DNA of 64,000 bases, taken from an uncultured Holophagales bacterium. Its GTDB lineage: Bacteria; Acidobacteriota; Thermoanaerobaculia; Multivoradales; UBA5704. Position 1 is the first letter of the stretch. The number at the start of each line of letters is the position of its first letter. The translations under genes and the position numbers were made by a program. Shown here piece by piece: positions 1 to 9,301 of the stretch. The notes below the pieces were generated by a model. The model was not told the origin of the DNA and ran no database searches. It was given only the letters and a program-made list of their open reading frames with translations. The DNA lies in NCBI GenBank assembly GCA_963842525.1, contig CAWJGT010000009.1:1152001-1216000 (forward strand), written 5' to 3'.

Positions 1-732
1 GTAGGATTCGTGTTCGTCTGAGAGCGCGAAGAAGCCCGCAAGCTTATCGATCAGATTCCTGTGATTGAAGACCACGAGTCTCCCGGAATTCTGGGAGATC
101 CTTTCAGGGAAAGAGAATGCCTGTCGTGGGCAAAGGAATTCGAGCTGATTTTCCAATTTCGCCATTCGTCGGCAGGAGACTGCACCGAAGGTGAGGTCAG
201 GGTCCCTGAATCCGAGCCACGAGCCCTCGATCCTGATCCTGACTCCCTCGTCCGCGCCCGAGGCCAGGAGACCAGCAGGGGAATAACCCAGGACGCGGGG
301 ACGGGTCTTCGATCCGGGTAGAGTTCCGATTGCGTCGTTCAGGAACCCCAAGGTCCTCTCGATATCCCGCATGGTGATCTTGGATGTCTTCCGCCAGTGG
401 TCGATGGTCGCCTGGAGATTCGTGAAGAGCTTCTGTTGAGCATCGTTGACCTCTGAAAACGTTTTTCCGATGAGCCCGTTGGCCAGGATGTCCAGGTTCT
501 GGAGGATCAGGAGAAGATGTTGCCGGATGGCAAAGCTTTCGCGACCAACGGTGCTCCCCATTTGATCCACAACCTCCTGGATGTCCTTCTTGGCGGTCGA
601 GATCACAGATTCGATGGCCGTCGAGCCGATAACGACCGCCGCCGGGTCTAAGGCGTGAGCTTGTTGCTCGGTCAATAGGAGGGGGCTCAAGCCGAGCAGG
701 TAGACGAGAAAGAGAGAGATCCCGCGTTTCAC
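1..732 (-). CDS. Secreted hypothetical protein: signal peptide, helical region, probable IPT/Ig-like domain; 3' end runs off the window
   Basis: Not in the ORF track because it has no stop in the window. AGGAGG RBS then GTG at 732. Frame is open to base 1: MKRGISLFLVYLLGLSPLLLTEQQAHA|LDPAAVV...PRVLGYSP..IRIEGSWLG..LTFGAVSC..LEFLCP. Confidence 0.7.
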   Translation of the reverse strand, partial: MKRGISLFLVYLLGLSPLLLTEQQAHALDPAAVVIGSTAIESVISTAKKDIQEVVDQMGSTVGRESFAIRQHLLLILQNLDILANGLIGKTFSEVNDAQQKLFTNLQATIDHWRKTSKITMRDIERTLGFLNDAIGTLPGSKTRPRVLGYSPAGLLASGADEGVRIRIEGSWLGFRDPDLTFGAVSCRRMAKLENQLEFLCPRQAFSFPERISQNSGRLVVFNHRNLIDKLAGFFALSDEHESY

Positions 733-862
733 ACTGCACCTCCTGAAAGTGGGGGAGATCCCCGCCAGACCATGAGACACCAATCAGCGGGGAATTGTTT
801 GCCCGCCTCAACCCAATCTCCCGGTGCCGTGTCTCATCTGTCGAGGGCCTTGCGAGGGGACC

Positions 863-1680
863 ATGGCGATCGACTACGAAGATTTCGTCCTCTCCTTCGA
901 CCCGGATCCCGGCGAAGAGCTCAGGATCCGCGCGAAATCACCGGCTGGGGAAGGGGAGGAGCGGGCCCCGTGGCAGGATGAACAACTTGGGCGAGCGATT
1001 CTCGAGGCGGGTTTCTATCGGCAGGACCGCCCGCCGGCACGCCACCTCGTCCTGGAAGGTCCGGCTCCGCCTTTTGATCCGACCGCCGAAGAGGTTGGGC
1101 GGCAGCTCTTCGATTTTGCCTTCCGGGGACGGATCCGGACCCTCTTCGACCAGAGCCTGGGGCTGACGCGGGCCCTGTACCGCGGGCTGCGCATCGTGCT
1201 GCGTTTCGATGTCCAAGATGCTGCGGGGCAACGGCTAGCCGATCTCCCCTGGGAGATGCTCTACCGCCCGGAGTCGGGCGAATTCTTCGTGCTCGATCCC
1301 AGGACTCCCATCGTCCGCTACCTCGATGTCGCCCAGTTCGAACCTTCTGCCTCCACTGCGCGACGTGCCGCGCGTGCTGATCGCGTTCTCGGCGGCCGCC
1401 GATCTGGCGTTTCTCCAGGGAGAGCTGGAGGCGGAGAAGCTCAGGAAGGCTCTGCGCAACTCGGGGATCGAGGCCTTGCCGCCCGTGTCGGCCCGCGTCG
1501 AATCGCTCGCGCAGGCCTTGAAGAAGCAACGTTGCCATGCCTTCCACTACATTGGTCATGGAGGTTTCGATGAGGCGACCGGAAGTGGGGTGCTCTATTT
1601 CGAACGGGGTGGCGCATCGTCCGAGGCGGTGAGCGGTGAGCGACTCGCGACGATGCTCGCCGGTGCCGTCCACCCGCAGA
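863..1680 (+). pseudogene. CHAT (caspase-like) peptidase domain protein, frameshifted near 1335 and truncated before the catalytic Cys
   Basis: GRQLFDFAF..LRIVLRF..LADLPWEML..RTPIVRYL in the 824 frame, then RVLIAFS..FHYIGHGGFD..GVLYFE..VSGERLATML in the 1326 frame. No following VLNAC motif. Confidence 0.7.
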
Positions 1681-2160
1681 TATGCCCTGTTCCGCCGGGG
1701 CTGGAGCTTTGTGGAGCGCCTACCCGTGGCCTTCGGCTACTCACTGGCGCATCTGGGTTCTCTGCGGCGCCTGTATCAGGGGCTGTTCTTTTGCCTGTTC
1801 TTGGTCTTCCCCATGGCGGCCCAGGTCCACTTCTTCGACAAGATGACCGGGGGAGAGGTGAAGGACTGGACGAACAAGTACCAGGAGCTCAACGTCTGGA
1901 CGCCGGTGCCGTGGAAGGAGCTGGACGACGAGAACTGGCACCGCTTCATGTACGGGGAGGACACACTCACGTTCTATCCGTTCGTGATGCCGCTCGGGAT
2001 GCTGATCATCGAGATCGTAATCGGCGCCTTCTTCCTCCATACGGCTACGGTTCTGTTCACCGGGGAGAGACGTTCCGGGCGGGGCCGGAGAGGGGCCCTC
2101 TTCCGCCGCTTCACCCGCAGAATCCTCCACCCCCAGCCCAGAGAAGTACGCAGGAAATAG
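1636..2160 (+). CDS. Membrane protein fragment with two hydrophobic helices; probably the C-terminal part of the CHAT gene or a fused remnant
   Basis: Hydrophobic segments GLFFCLFLVFPMAA and PLGMLIIEIVIGAFFLHTATVLF; no convincing start of its own. Confidence 0.45.
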   Translation: MSDSRRCSPVPSTRRYALFRRGWSFVERLPVAFGYSLAHLGSLRRLYQGLFFCLFLVFPMAAQVHFFDKMTGGEVKDWTNKYQELNVWTPVPWKELDDENWHRFMYGEDTLTFYPFVMPLGMLIIEIVIGAFFLHTATVLFTGERRSGRGRRGALFRRFTRRILHPQPREVRRK

Positions 2161-2257
2161 GCTTGACGCCGGAACGAACCGGCGACCGCCGGCGCCTATG
2201 CATCGGGTGGTCTCTCGGGTGCGGTAGTCTATTGGCATTCTGAAGGGGAGGACCGGC

Positions 2258-3649
2258 TTGCCTGCGAGCGAGGATTTCTGGGACGACATCCTTGGGCATT
2301 TGAGGGACCGGGTGCTTCTGCCTGTGGTGGGACCGGAGCTCGTCACGGTCCAGGATGGCGACCGGCGGGTGAGCCTGTCGCGGCTCCTGGGCGAGCGTGT
2401 CGCCGCGCGGTATCAGCTCGACGTGAGCTGGGGGCCGCTCTCGGGGCTTGACGACGCGGTCGGCGCGTTCCTCGCCGCGCGCGGCAGCCGTGAGGCAGAG
2501 CGCCTCTATCGCGTGGTCAACGACCTCGTCTCCGATTTCAATCCGCCGCCGCCGGAGGCGCTGCGCCAGCTCGCGGGCATCCGGGACTTCCGCCTCTTCC
2601 TCAGCACCACCTTCGATCCGCTGCTCGCGCGGGCGATCAACGAGGTCCGCTTCGGCGGCGAGCCGCGCACGCGCGAGCTGTGGTTCTCGCCCAACCAGTC
2701 GACGGCCGAGCAGCAGGAGAACGCGCGCGAGCCCCGCGAGTCCGATACGGTCGTTTTCAAGCTGTTCGGCAAGGCGTCGTCCACGCCGCAGTACGCGATC
2801 CACGACGAGGATGTGCTCGAATGGCTGCACGTGCTGCTCACCGAGACGGCGCGGCTGCCCGAGTGGCTGGGCGACGAGCTGAAGGCGAGCCCGGTCCTCT
2901 TCCTGGGCTGCCAGCTCTCGGACTGGATCGGCCGCCTGCTGACCCGCATGGCGAGCAAGAGCCGCCTCTCGCTGGAGAGCAAGCAGTTTTTCATCGTGGG
3001 CGAGTCGGTCGCGAGTTACCCCGCGCTCACGCGGTTTTTCCAGACGTTTTGCGGCGGCACGCGCGTCCAGGTGCTCGAAGCCGATCCCGCCGCGTTCGTC
3101 GCCGAGCTGTCCGAGCGCTGGCACAAACGCAATCCACAAGCCGCGGCGGCGACAGCCGCGGGAATGGCGCAAGCCGCGCCGCCGGCCGGCAAGGGAAGCA
3201 TTTTCATCAGCTATGTACGGGAGGACGCCGATGCCGCGCGCCGGCTCTGCGATGCGCTTTCGGACATCGGCGGCGACGTCTGGCTCGACGAGCGGCGCCT
3301 CCAGCCGGGCGACCGGTGGGAAGAGGAAATCCTTGCGAGCATCCGGCGCGAGGTCCGGCTCTTCCTGCCGGTGATCTCCAGGCACACCGAAAGCCGCGAG
3401 GAAGGCTACGTGTTCAAGGAGTGGCGGGAGGCGGTGGAGCGGGCGAAGGGCATTCCGCCGGGGGGCCGCAAATTCATCGTTCCGATCGTCATCGACGCCG
3501 AGTACGACGGCAACCCATCACGTTACCGGCAGGTACCCGACGCGTTCACGGTGTCCCACTGGGGGCGGGCCCCCGGCGGCGATCCCGACGAGGACCTGGT
3601 CAGCGCGCTGCGGGACGCCATCCGCGACATGCGGCGCAAGGAGGCGTGA
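2258..3649 (+). CDS. SIR2-like (SIR2_2) + TIR domain protein
   Basis: N-terminal LPVVGPEL, STTFDPLL, VFKLFG, LFLGCQLSDW (SIR2_2-like). C-terminal IFISYVRED..VWLDERRLQPGDRWEEEI..GYVFKEW (TIR). GGAGG RBS before TTG. Confidence 0.85.
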   Translation: MPASEDFWDDILGHLRDRVLLPVVGPELVTVQDGDRRVSLSRLLGERVAARYQLDVSWGPLSGLDDAVGAFLAARGSREAERLYRVVNDLVSDFNPPPPEALRQLAGIRDFRLFLSTTFDPLLARAINEVRFGGEPRTRELWFSPNQSTAEQQENAREPRESDTVVFKLFGKASSTPQYAIHDEDVLEWLHVLLTETARLPEWLGDELKASPVLFLGCQLSDWIGRLLTRMASKSRLSLESKQFFIVGESVASYPALTRFFQTFCGGTRVQVLEADPAAFVAELSERWHKRNPQAAAATAAGMAQAAPPAGKGSIFISYVREDADAARRLCDALSDIGGDVWLDERRLQPGDRWEEEILASIRREVRLFLPVISRHTESREEGYVFKEWREAVERAKGIPPGGRKFIVPIVIDAEYDGNPSRYRQVPDAFTVSHWGRAPGGDPDEDLVSALRDAIRDMRRKEA

Positions 3650-6600
3650 TGCACGGCACCCTCGTCGCGGCTGCGCCTACCACCCAGCTCGATCCGGATA
3701 ATCCGTGGCCGGGGCTCGAATCCTTCGAAGAGGAAGCACGGGACTACTTCCACGGCCGCGAAGCGGAGACCGAAGAGCTGCTCCGTCGCGTGGCCGACGC
3801 GCCTCTCACGGTGCTCTTCGGCAAGTCCGGCCTCGGCAAGACCTCGCTGCTGAAGGCGGGGCTCTTCCCGAAGCTGCGCGAGAAGCATTTCCTTCCCGTC
3901 CACGTGCGCCTGGACATCCGCCCGGAGGCGCCGGAGCTGATCGATCAGCTTCGCGACGGCCTGCGCGCGGCGATCGAACGCGAGCGCGTCGACGCACCGC
4001 CCTTTGCCGAAGGCGAAACGCTCTGGGAATATCTGCATCGTGCGGACCTTGAGCTGTGGAGCGAGCAGAACTATCCGCTCACTCCGGTGCTGGTCCTCGA
4101 TCAGTTCGAGGAGGTCTTCACCCTGGGCGAACGCCTCCCCGAGGCGGTGGCTCAGTGCAAGGTCGACCTCGGAGACCTCGCCGAGAACCGCATCCCCGAG
4201 GCGCTGGCGGGCCGGTTGGCGGCGGACGCCTCGACGGCGCAGCGGCTCGACCTGCGGCGCATGGGCTACAAGCTGATCGTGACATTGCGCGAGGACTTTC
4301 TGCCGCACCTCGAAGGCTGGCGCGCGGCCGTGCCGTCGCTGGGTCGCGTGCGTGTGCGGCTGCTCCCCATGCGCCCCGAGCAGGCCCTGTCGGCCGTGCA
4401 CGACACCGCGCCGCATCTCATGGACGAGCCGCTGGCCCGGCGCATCGTCGCGTTCGTCGCCGCGGCGCAGGTGGAGGCGACGGCGGCGCAAGGCGACGGG
4501 ATCGCGCAGGAGCCCGCCGGCGGCGAGATCGAGCCGGCGCTCCTGAGCCTTTTCTGTCGCGGGCTCAACCAGCGGCGCAAGCGGCAGGGCAAGGACCGTT
4601 TCGACGAGCAGCTCCTCGAAGGCGCCCAGCAGAGCATCATCGCGGACTACTACCGCTCCTGCGTCGAAGGCCTGCCCGACAGCGTGAGCCGGTTCATCGA
4701 AACCGATCTGATCACGGAGAAAGGCTTTCGAAACAGTTATGCGAAGGACGATGCCGTTCCGGCCTTCCTCACCCAGGAGCAGCTCGACCGGCTGATCAAC
4801 CGCCGGCTCCTCCGGCTGGAGGAGCGCTACGGCACCGTGCGCATCGAGCTGACGCACGATCTCCTGACCCGGGCGGTGATGGCGGATCGCGACCGGCGCC
4901 GGGTGGAGGAGGAGAAGGCGGCGCTCGCGGCGCAGGCCCGCAGGCAGCGGCAGCGCGTTCTCGCCATGGCCGTAATCGCCCTGATCTGCCTTGTTTTTGC
5001 CGGATTCGCGGCCCGGATGTGGCGGGCGGCGGTCGCCGCGAAAACAGAGGCCGAGGCGGAGAAGAACGAAGCGAAGAATCAGAGAGACAGAGCGTTCAGA
5101 GCAGAAGGTGTGGCAGAAAGGCAAGCCCGGCTGGCGCGTGAAGCGCACACGAAAGCGGAAGCGAACCGAGTGCGCGCCGAAGCCGCCCGCAGCAAAGCCC
5201 TTGAAGCACAACGAAGCTCGCTCTCGGCCAAGCTCGCGTCCGACTCGCGTGCGGAACGGGGCCGGGAAGCTGATCTGTCGTTTCTGCTCGGGGCCGCCGC
5301 GTGGTCCGCGAAGCCAACCCTTGAAGCCAAAAATGCTCTGCTGAGCGGCCTTCTGGAGCAGCCGGCCCTCCGCGGCGTGCTTCCTCCGCGCTCCGGGGGG
5401 AGCGCCGTCGCCTTCAGCCCCGATGGCCGAACCCTTGCCGCGGAAGGCGGGAGCAACACCATCGTCCTTTGGGATGTCGCCCGCCATACGCAGCTCGGCC
5501 GGCCGTTCGTCGGGCACGGGGAATCGATCACGAGTGTGGCTTTCAGCCTCGACGGCAAGACGCTCGCCACAGGAGGCAGGGACGACACGGTCATCCTCTG
5601 GGATGTAGGCAGCCGGCTGCCCCTCCGCCTGCCACTCCGACACAGAGATTGGGTCAGGAGCGTGGCTTTCAGCCCCGACGGCAAGACGCTCGCCTCGGGA
5701 AGCGACGACAAGACAGTCATCCTCTGGGATGTCCCGAGCCGTCAGCCTCTCGGCGAGCCGCTGGAGGGTCACGGGCACTCGGTTTCGAGCGTCGCCTTCA
5801 GCCCTGACGGCAAAGCCTTTGCCTCGGGAAGCGAGGACAACTCGGTCATCCTGTGGGACATCGCAAGCCGTCACGGCGAGCCGCTGAAAGGCCATGAGGG
5901 CTCGGTCACGAGCGTCGCCTTCAGCCCTGATGGCAAGGCTCTCGCCTCGGGAAGTGAGGATGAAACTGTTCTCCTCTGGGACATCCCGAGCCGAAAACCC
6001 CTCGGCGAGCCGTTCACCGGGCACAAGGAATCGGTCAAGAGCATCGCCTTCAGCCCTGACGGCAAGGCCCTCGCCTCGGGAAGTGAGGATGGCACCGTCA
6101 TCCTCTGGGACGTCCCGAGCCGCCAACCGCTCGGAGGGCCGCTGGTTGGACACAAAGGCTGGGTCTTGAGCGTGGCCTTCAGCCCCGATGGCAAAACACT
6201 CGCCGCAGGAACCGAGAAGGCAGCGTTGCTCTGGGATCTCACCGGCCGCACGGCGCTCGGCGAGCCGCTGGCCGCAAACAAGGGTTCGGTCTTGAGCGTC
6301 GCTTTCAGTCCCAATGGCAAGACCCTCGCGGCGGGAACCTGGAGCTCGAGCCGTTGTCCTCTGGGACGTCGCGCGCCGTAAACCCGTGGGCGAGCTGACC
6401 GGGGACTCGGACACAGATACAGTTTCGATCGTTGCTTTCCGCCCCGATGGCAAGACCCTTGCCGCGGGAAGTGGTAAGACCATCATCCTCTGGGACGTCG
6501 CGCGCCGCAGGCCCCTGGGCGAGCCATTGGTCGGACACACGAGGGTCTCGAGCGTGGCCTTCAGCCCCGATGGCAGGACCCTTGCCTCAGGGAGCAACGA

Positions 6601-7294
6601 CGGAACGATCGTCCTTCGGGATGTCGCCAGCCGCAAGCCCGTCGGCAAACCGTTGGCGAAGCACAAGGAACTGATCTGGAGTCTCGCCTTCAGCCCTGAC
6701 GGCAAGACCCTCGCTTCAGGGAGCGACGACAGAACCGTCATCCTCTGGGATGTCGCCCGCCGCACGCCCCTCGGCAAGCCACTGGCCGGACCCGGAGGCT
6801 GGGTCGTGAGCGTGGCCTTCAGCCCCGACGGCAGGATCCTTGCCGCGGGTCGTGAGGACGGGTCCGTCAACCTCTGGGACATCGCCCGCCTCACCCCTAC
6901 CCCTCTCGGCGACCCGCTGGCCGGCCATGAGGAGTGGGTCCAGAGCGTCAGCTTCAGCCCTGACGGCAAGACCCTCGCCTCGGGAGGCATCGACGGGAAC
7001 GTCATCCTCTGGGATGTCGCACGCCGCACGCGTCTCGGCGAAAAGCTGGCCGGGCACAAGGACCGGGTCATGAGCGTGAGCTTCAGCTCCGACGGCAAGA
7101 CACTCGCCGCGGGAATCCGGGACGGGACCGTCCTCCTCTGGGACGTCGATCCGGACTCGTGGAGCCGCCGAGCCTGCTCGATTGCCAGCCGCAACCTCAC
7201 ATGCGACGAATGGCGCCGCTATCTGCTCGACGAGCCGTACCGGAAGATCTGCCCCGGGCTTCCAGGTCCCGAGCGCTGCGCAGGTCAACAATGA
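3649..7294 (+). CDS. nSTAND1 P-loop NTPase - TM helix - coiled coil - 14 WD40 repeats (one frameshift near 6345)
   Basis: NPWPGLESF, GKSGLGKTSLL (Walker A), LVLDQFEEVFT (Walker B), IELTHDLL. TM VLAMAVIALICLVFAGFAA. 14 repeats of GH..V.SVAFSPDG.TLASG..D.TVILWD. TGATG overlap with the upstream gene. Confidence 0.9.
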
Positions 7295-7354
7295 GGAGGA
7301 GCATCGTGGATACTTGCAATGACTTCCGCTTGATAGGCGACGATGGCGTCGCTT

Positions 7355-9277
7355 TCACGACAAGGGGGCGATCCGGCTCCTGAACAGGCCGCCGAGGCCC
7401 CAGACCCGGTCCAGTCCTCGGAGGAGCAGATCGAGCAGACCTTGGGTCGCGACGGCCCAGACCACAATATCCACATAATCGGGCCAGCGGCCGAACGGCT
7501 TGTCAACATAGTACTTGTCCATCCCTGTGTAGAGGGCGATCAGGAATGCGACGAGTGCGACGCCGATCGCGGCGCGGCGCTGCCGTTGCTGGAGACGCTG
7601 CACGCGTTCGGCATCGGTTGCCGGACCCTGAGCGGCCACGGCGAGCCGGTCGAAGAGCTCGGCGAGATCATCGCTCGCTGGGAGCACGTCCTGCTCGGGA
7701 GCGAGCGTCTTCTTCTCGCGTGCCTCGGCCTCGGCGACTCGGGTCCTCGCAATCGCAAGCTGGTTTTCCACGGTCTCCAGGCCGGCCTGCGCAGCCGGGT
7801 CGATGTCCGCATGTATCCAGAGCCGGTTCCAGGTCGAGACCAGAGAAGCTTCGGCCTGGGGAAGCGACAGCCGGGCCTCTTGGATCGGGGGGCTGTCGGG
7901 GGCGCTGGCGACCGCTGTTTGGAGGCCGCGAAGGCTCTCGTGGAGTGCGGCCGCCCGGCGGTTCAGAGCTTCCCAGACGGGCAAGAGGTCCGGGCCCTTG
8001 GACGCCTCGGCGAACAAGTCTCCAAGCTTTTGGACGGTGATGGCTGAACCGGTCAGGAGTTGCTGCATCCTGTCGTAGAGCGCTGGTTTTGCCGGAGGAG
8101 ACTGCAGGTAAAGGCTCGGGGTCACCTGGTCCCAGACGATCTTTGCGAGCGCCGCTTCGATGCCGGCGAGCTTGGCGGCGAAGCCCTCCCATTGTTTCGG
8201 GATGGCTTCGAGGACCTTCAGCTCGTCCTCGATCTCCTTGTATTGCGGATTCGTTGTGTCCAATAAGGTAAAGGTCGACCTCTGGAGCGCATCGATCTTT
8301 GGCCGGAGAGCCTCTTTCCGTGTCCTGAAGTCTGACAGTTTATAGGAGGCGAAGGGCCGGCCTTCGGCGGTGAGGTCGAAGGCTATTTTGGCTTCGTAAA
8401 ATTTTGAGCCCAAGGCGGCCTCTCGTTGGGCCAGGGACCAGGTGAGCCGGAGCACGCCCGTGTAGCGTTGGATGCCGACGGCGAGAAGGATTCCCACGCA
8501 CACCGCGACGATGGCGAACACGGGGTGGTGCGCGCTCGTGAGGGTGAAGGTCACGGTCTCGTCGTCCTTGTCGCCGACCTTCAGCTTTCCCGTATACGTC
8601 CCCACTTGGTCGACGCTGTCGACGTGGACCTCCAATCCATAGACATCGTCGACGAGCTTTTGGGGTGCGGACAGCCACAGCTTTGCCGTCTCGCCGTCCT
8701 CAGCGACGAGGTAAGCCTCCGGTAGCTTCCGGCTCCCCACCGCACCGGCGCTGACCGGGAGGATTACGTCGTCCATCGGTTCGCCCGAGTGCAGGCCCAG
8801 GTAGGTGCGGAGCTTCATCGCCTTGACCAGGAATGTGAGAGGCGTCTCTGCAATAGCCGACTTTTCCGATGGCACTTCGAGTTGGACATCTCGGCGGATC
8901 GAGCTTCCCGGCGCGTCGCTGTAGGCCACGAGCACGCTGTCGTAGGTGCCCGGCGTCTTGGCTTCGGGCATCGCCGAGATCGTGAACGAAGCGGCCTCGC
9001 CAGGACCCAGTTTGGCCGTGGCGGGCGTGACTGTGACGAAGGAGGCGGCCGTCTCTGTGCCACTGGAGTCAACCGGGATGAGCGCGACCCGGACGTCGAG
9101 GGGCAACGATGACCGATTCAGCACCTGCACCTTGACCGGCTGTGTCGGCGTGACCTTGAGAGTCCCCTCGCGAAGCCACTCGAGAGGAGGAGGCGGCTCG
9201 GCGACCGCTGGGCGAACGAGCAGCAGGGCAAAGAGGGCGCACCCTTTCAGGAGCAGGATTCGGCCGGACGTGTGCAT
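7355..9277 (-). CDS. Hypothetical membrane protein: signal peptide, Ig-like beta region, TM, helical region, two C-terminal TMs
   Basis: Long ORF with GAGGTG RBS before ATG at 9277. Hydrophobic pattern as described. Confidence 0.7.
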   Translation of the reverse strand: MHTSGRILLLKGCALFALLLVRPAVAEPPPPLEWLREGTLKVTPTQPVKVQVLNRSSLPLDVRVALIPVDSSGTETAASFVTVTPATAKLGPGEAASFTISAMPEAKTPGTYDSVLVAYSDAPGSSIRRDVQLEVPSEKSAIAETPLTFLVKAMKLRTYLGLHSGEPMDDVILPVSAGAVGSRKLPEAYLVAEDGETAKLWLSAPQKLVDDVYGLEVHVDSVDQVGTYTGKLKVGDKDDETVTFTLTSAHHPVFAIVAVCVGILLAVGIQRYTGVLRLTWSLAQREAALGSKFYEAKIAFDLTAEGRPFASYKLSDFRTRKEALRPKIDALQRSTFTLLDTTNPQYKEIEDELKVLEAIPKQWEGFAAKLAGIEAALAKIVWDQVTPSLYLQSPPAKPALYDRMQQLLTGSAITVQKLGDLFAEASKGPDLLPVWEALNRRAAALHESLRGLQTAVASAPDSPPIQEARLSLPQAEASLVSTWNRLWIHADIDPAAQAGLETVENQLAIARTRVAEAEAREKKTLAPEQDVLPASDDLAELFDRLAVAAQGPATDAERVQRLQQRQRRAAIGVALVAFLIALYTGMDKYYVDKPFGRWPDYVDIVVWAVATQGLLDLLLRGLDRVWGLGGLFRSRIAPLS

Positions 9278-9301
9278 GGACACCTCTTGGGGATGGATCA
9301 T

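Noticed and set aside
197-811. 204-aa minus-strand ORF from the track
   Set aside because: Wrong frame; the RBS-led, signal-peptide frame is 732 to beyond base 1
2680-3648. N-terminal extension of the 1233-aa ORF
   Set aside because: Overlaps the SIR2-TIR gene out of frame; the true start is the coupled ATG at 3649
5400-7150. Diversity-generating retroelement acting on the WD40 repeats
   Set aside because: No reverse transcriptase or template repeat is present, and the variation is not evidently adenine-specific
3523-7200. Long antisense ORFs (also 47794-50688, 52018-55869, 59874-63914)
   Set aside because: Shadow frames of GC-rich genes with no domain motifs
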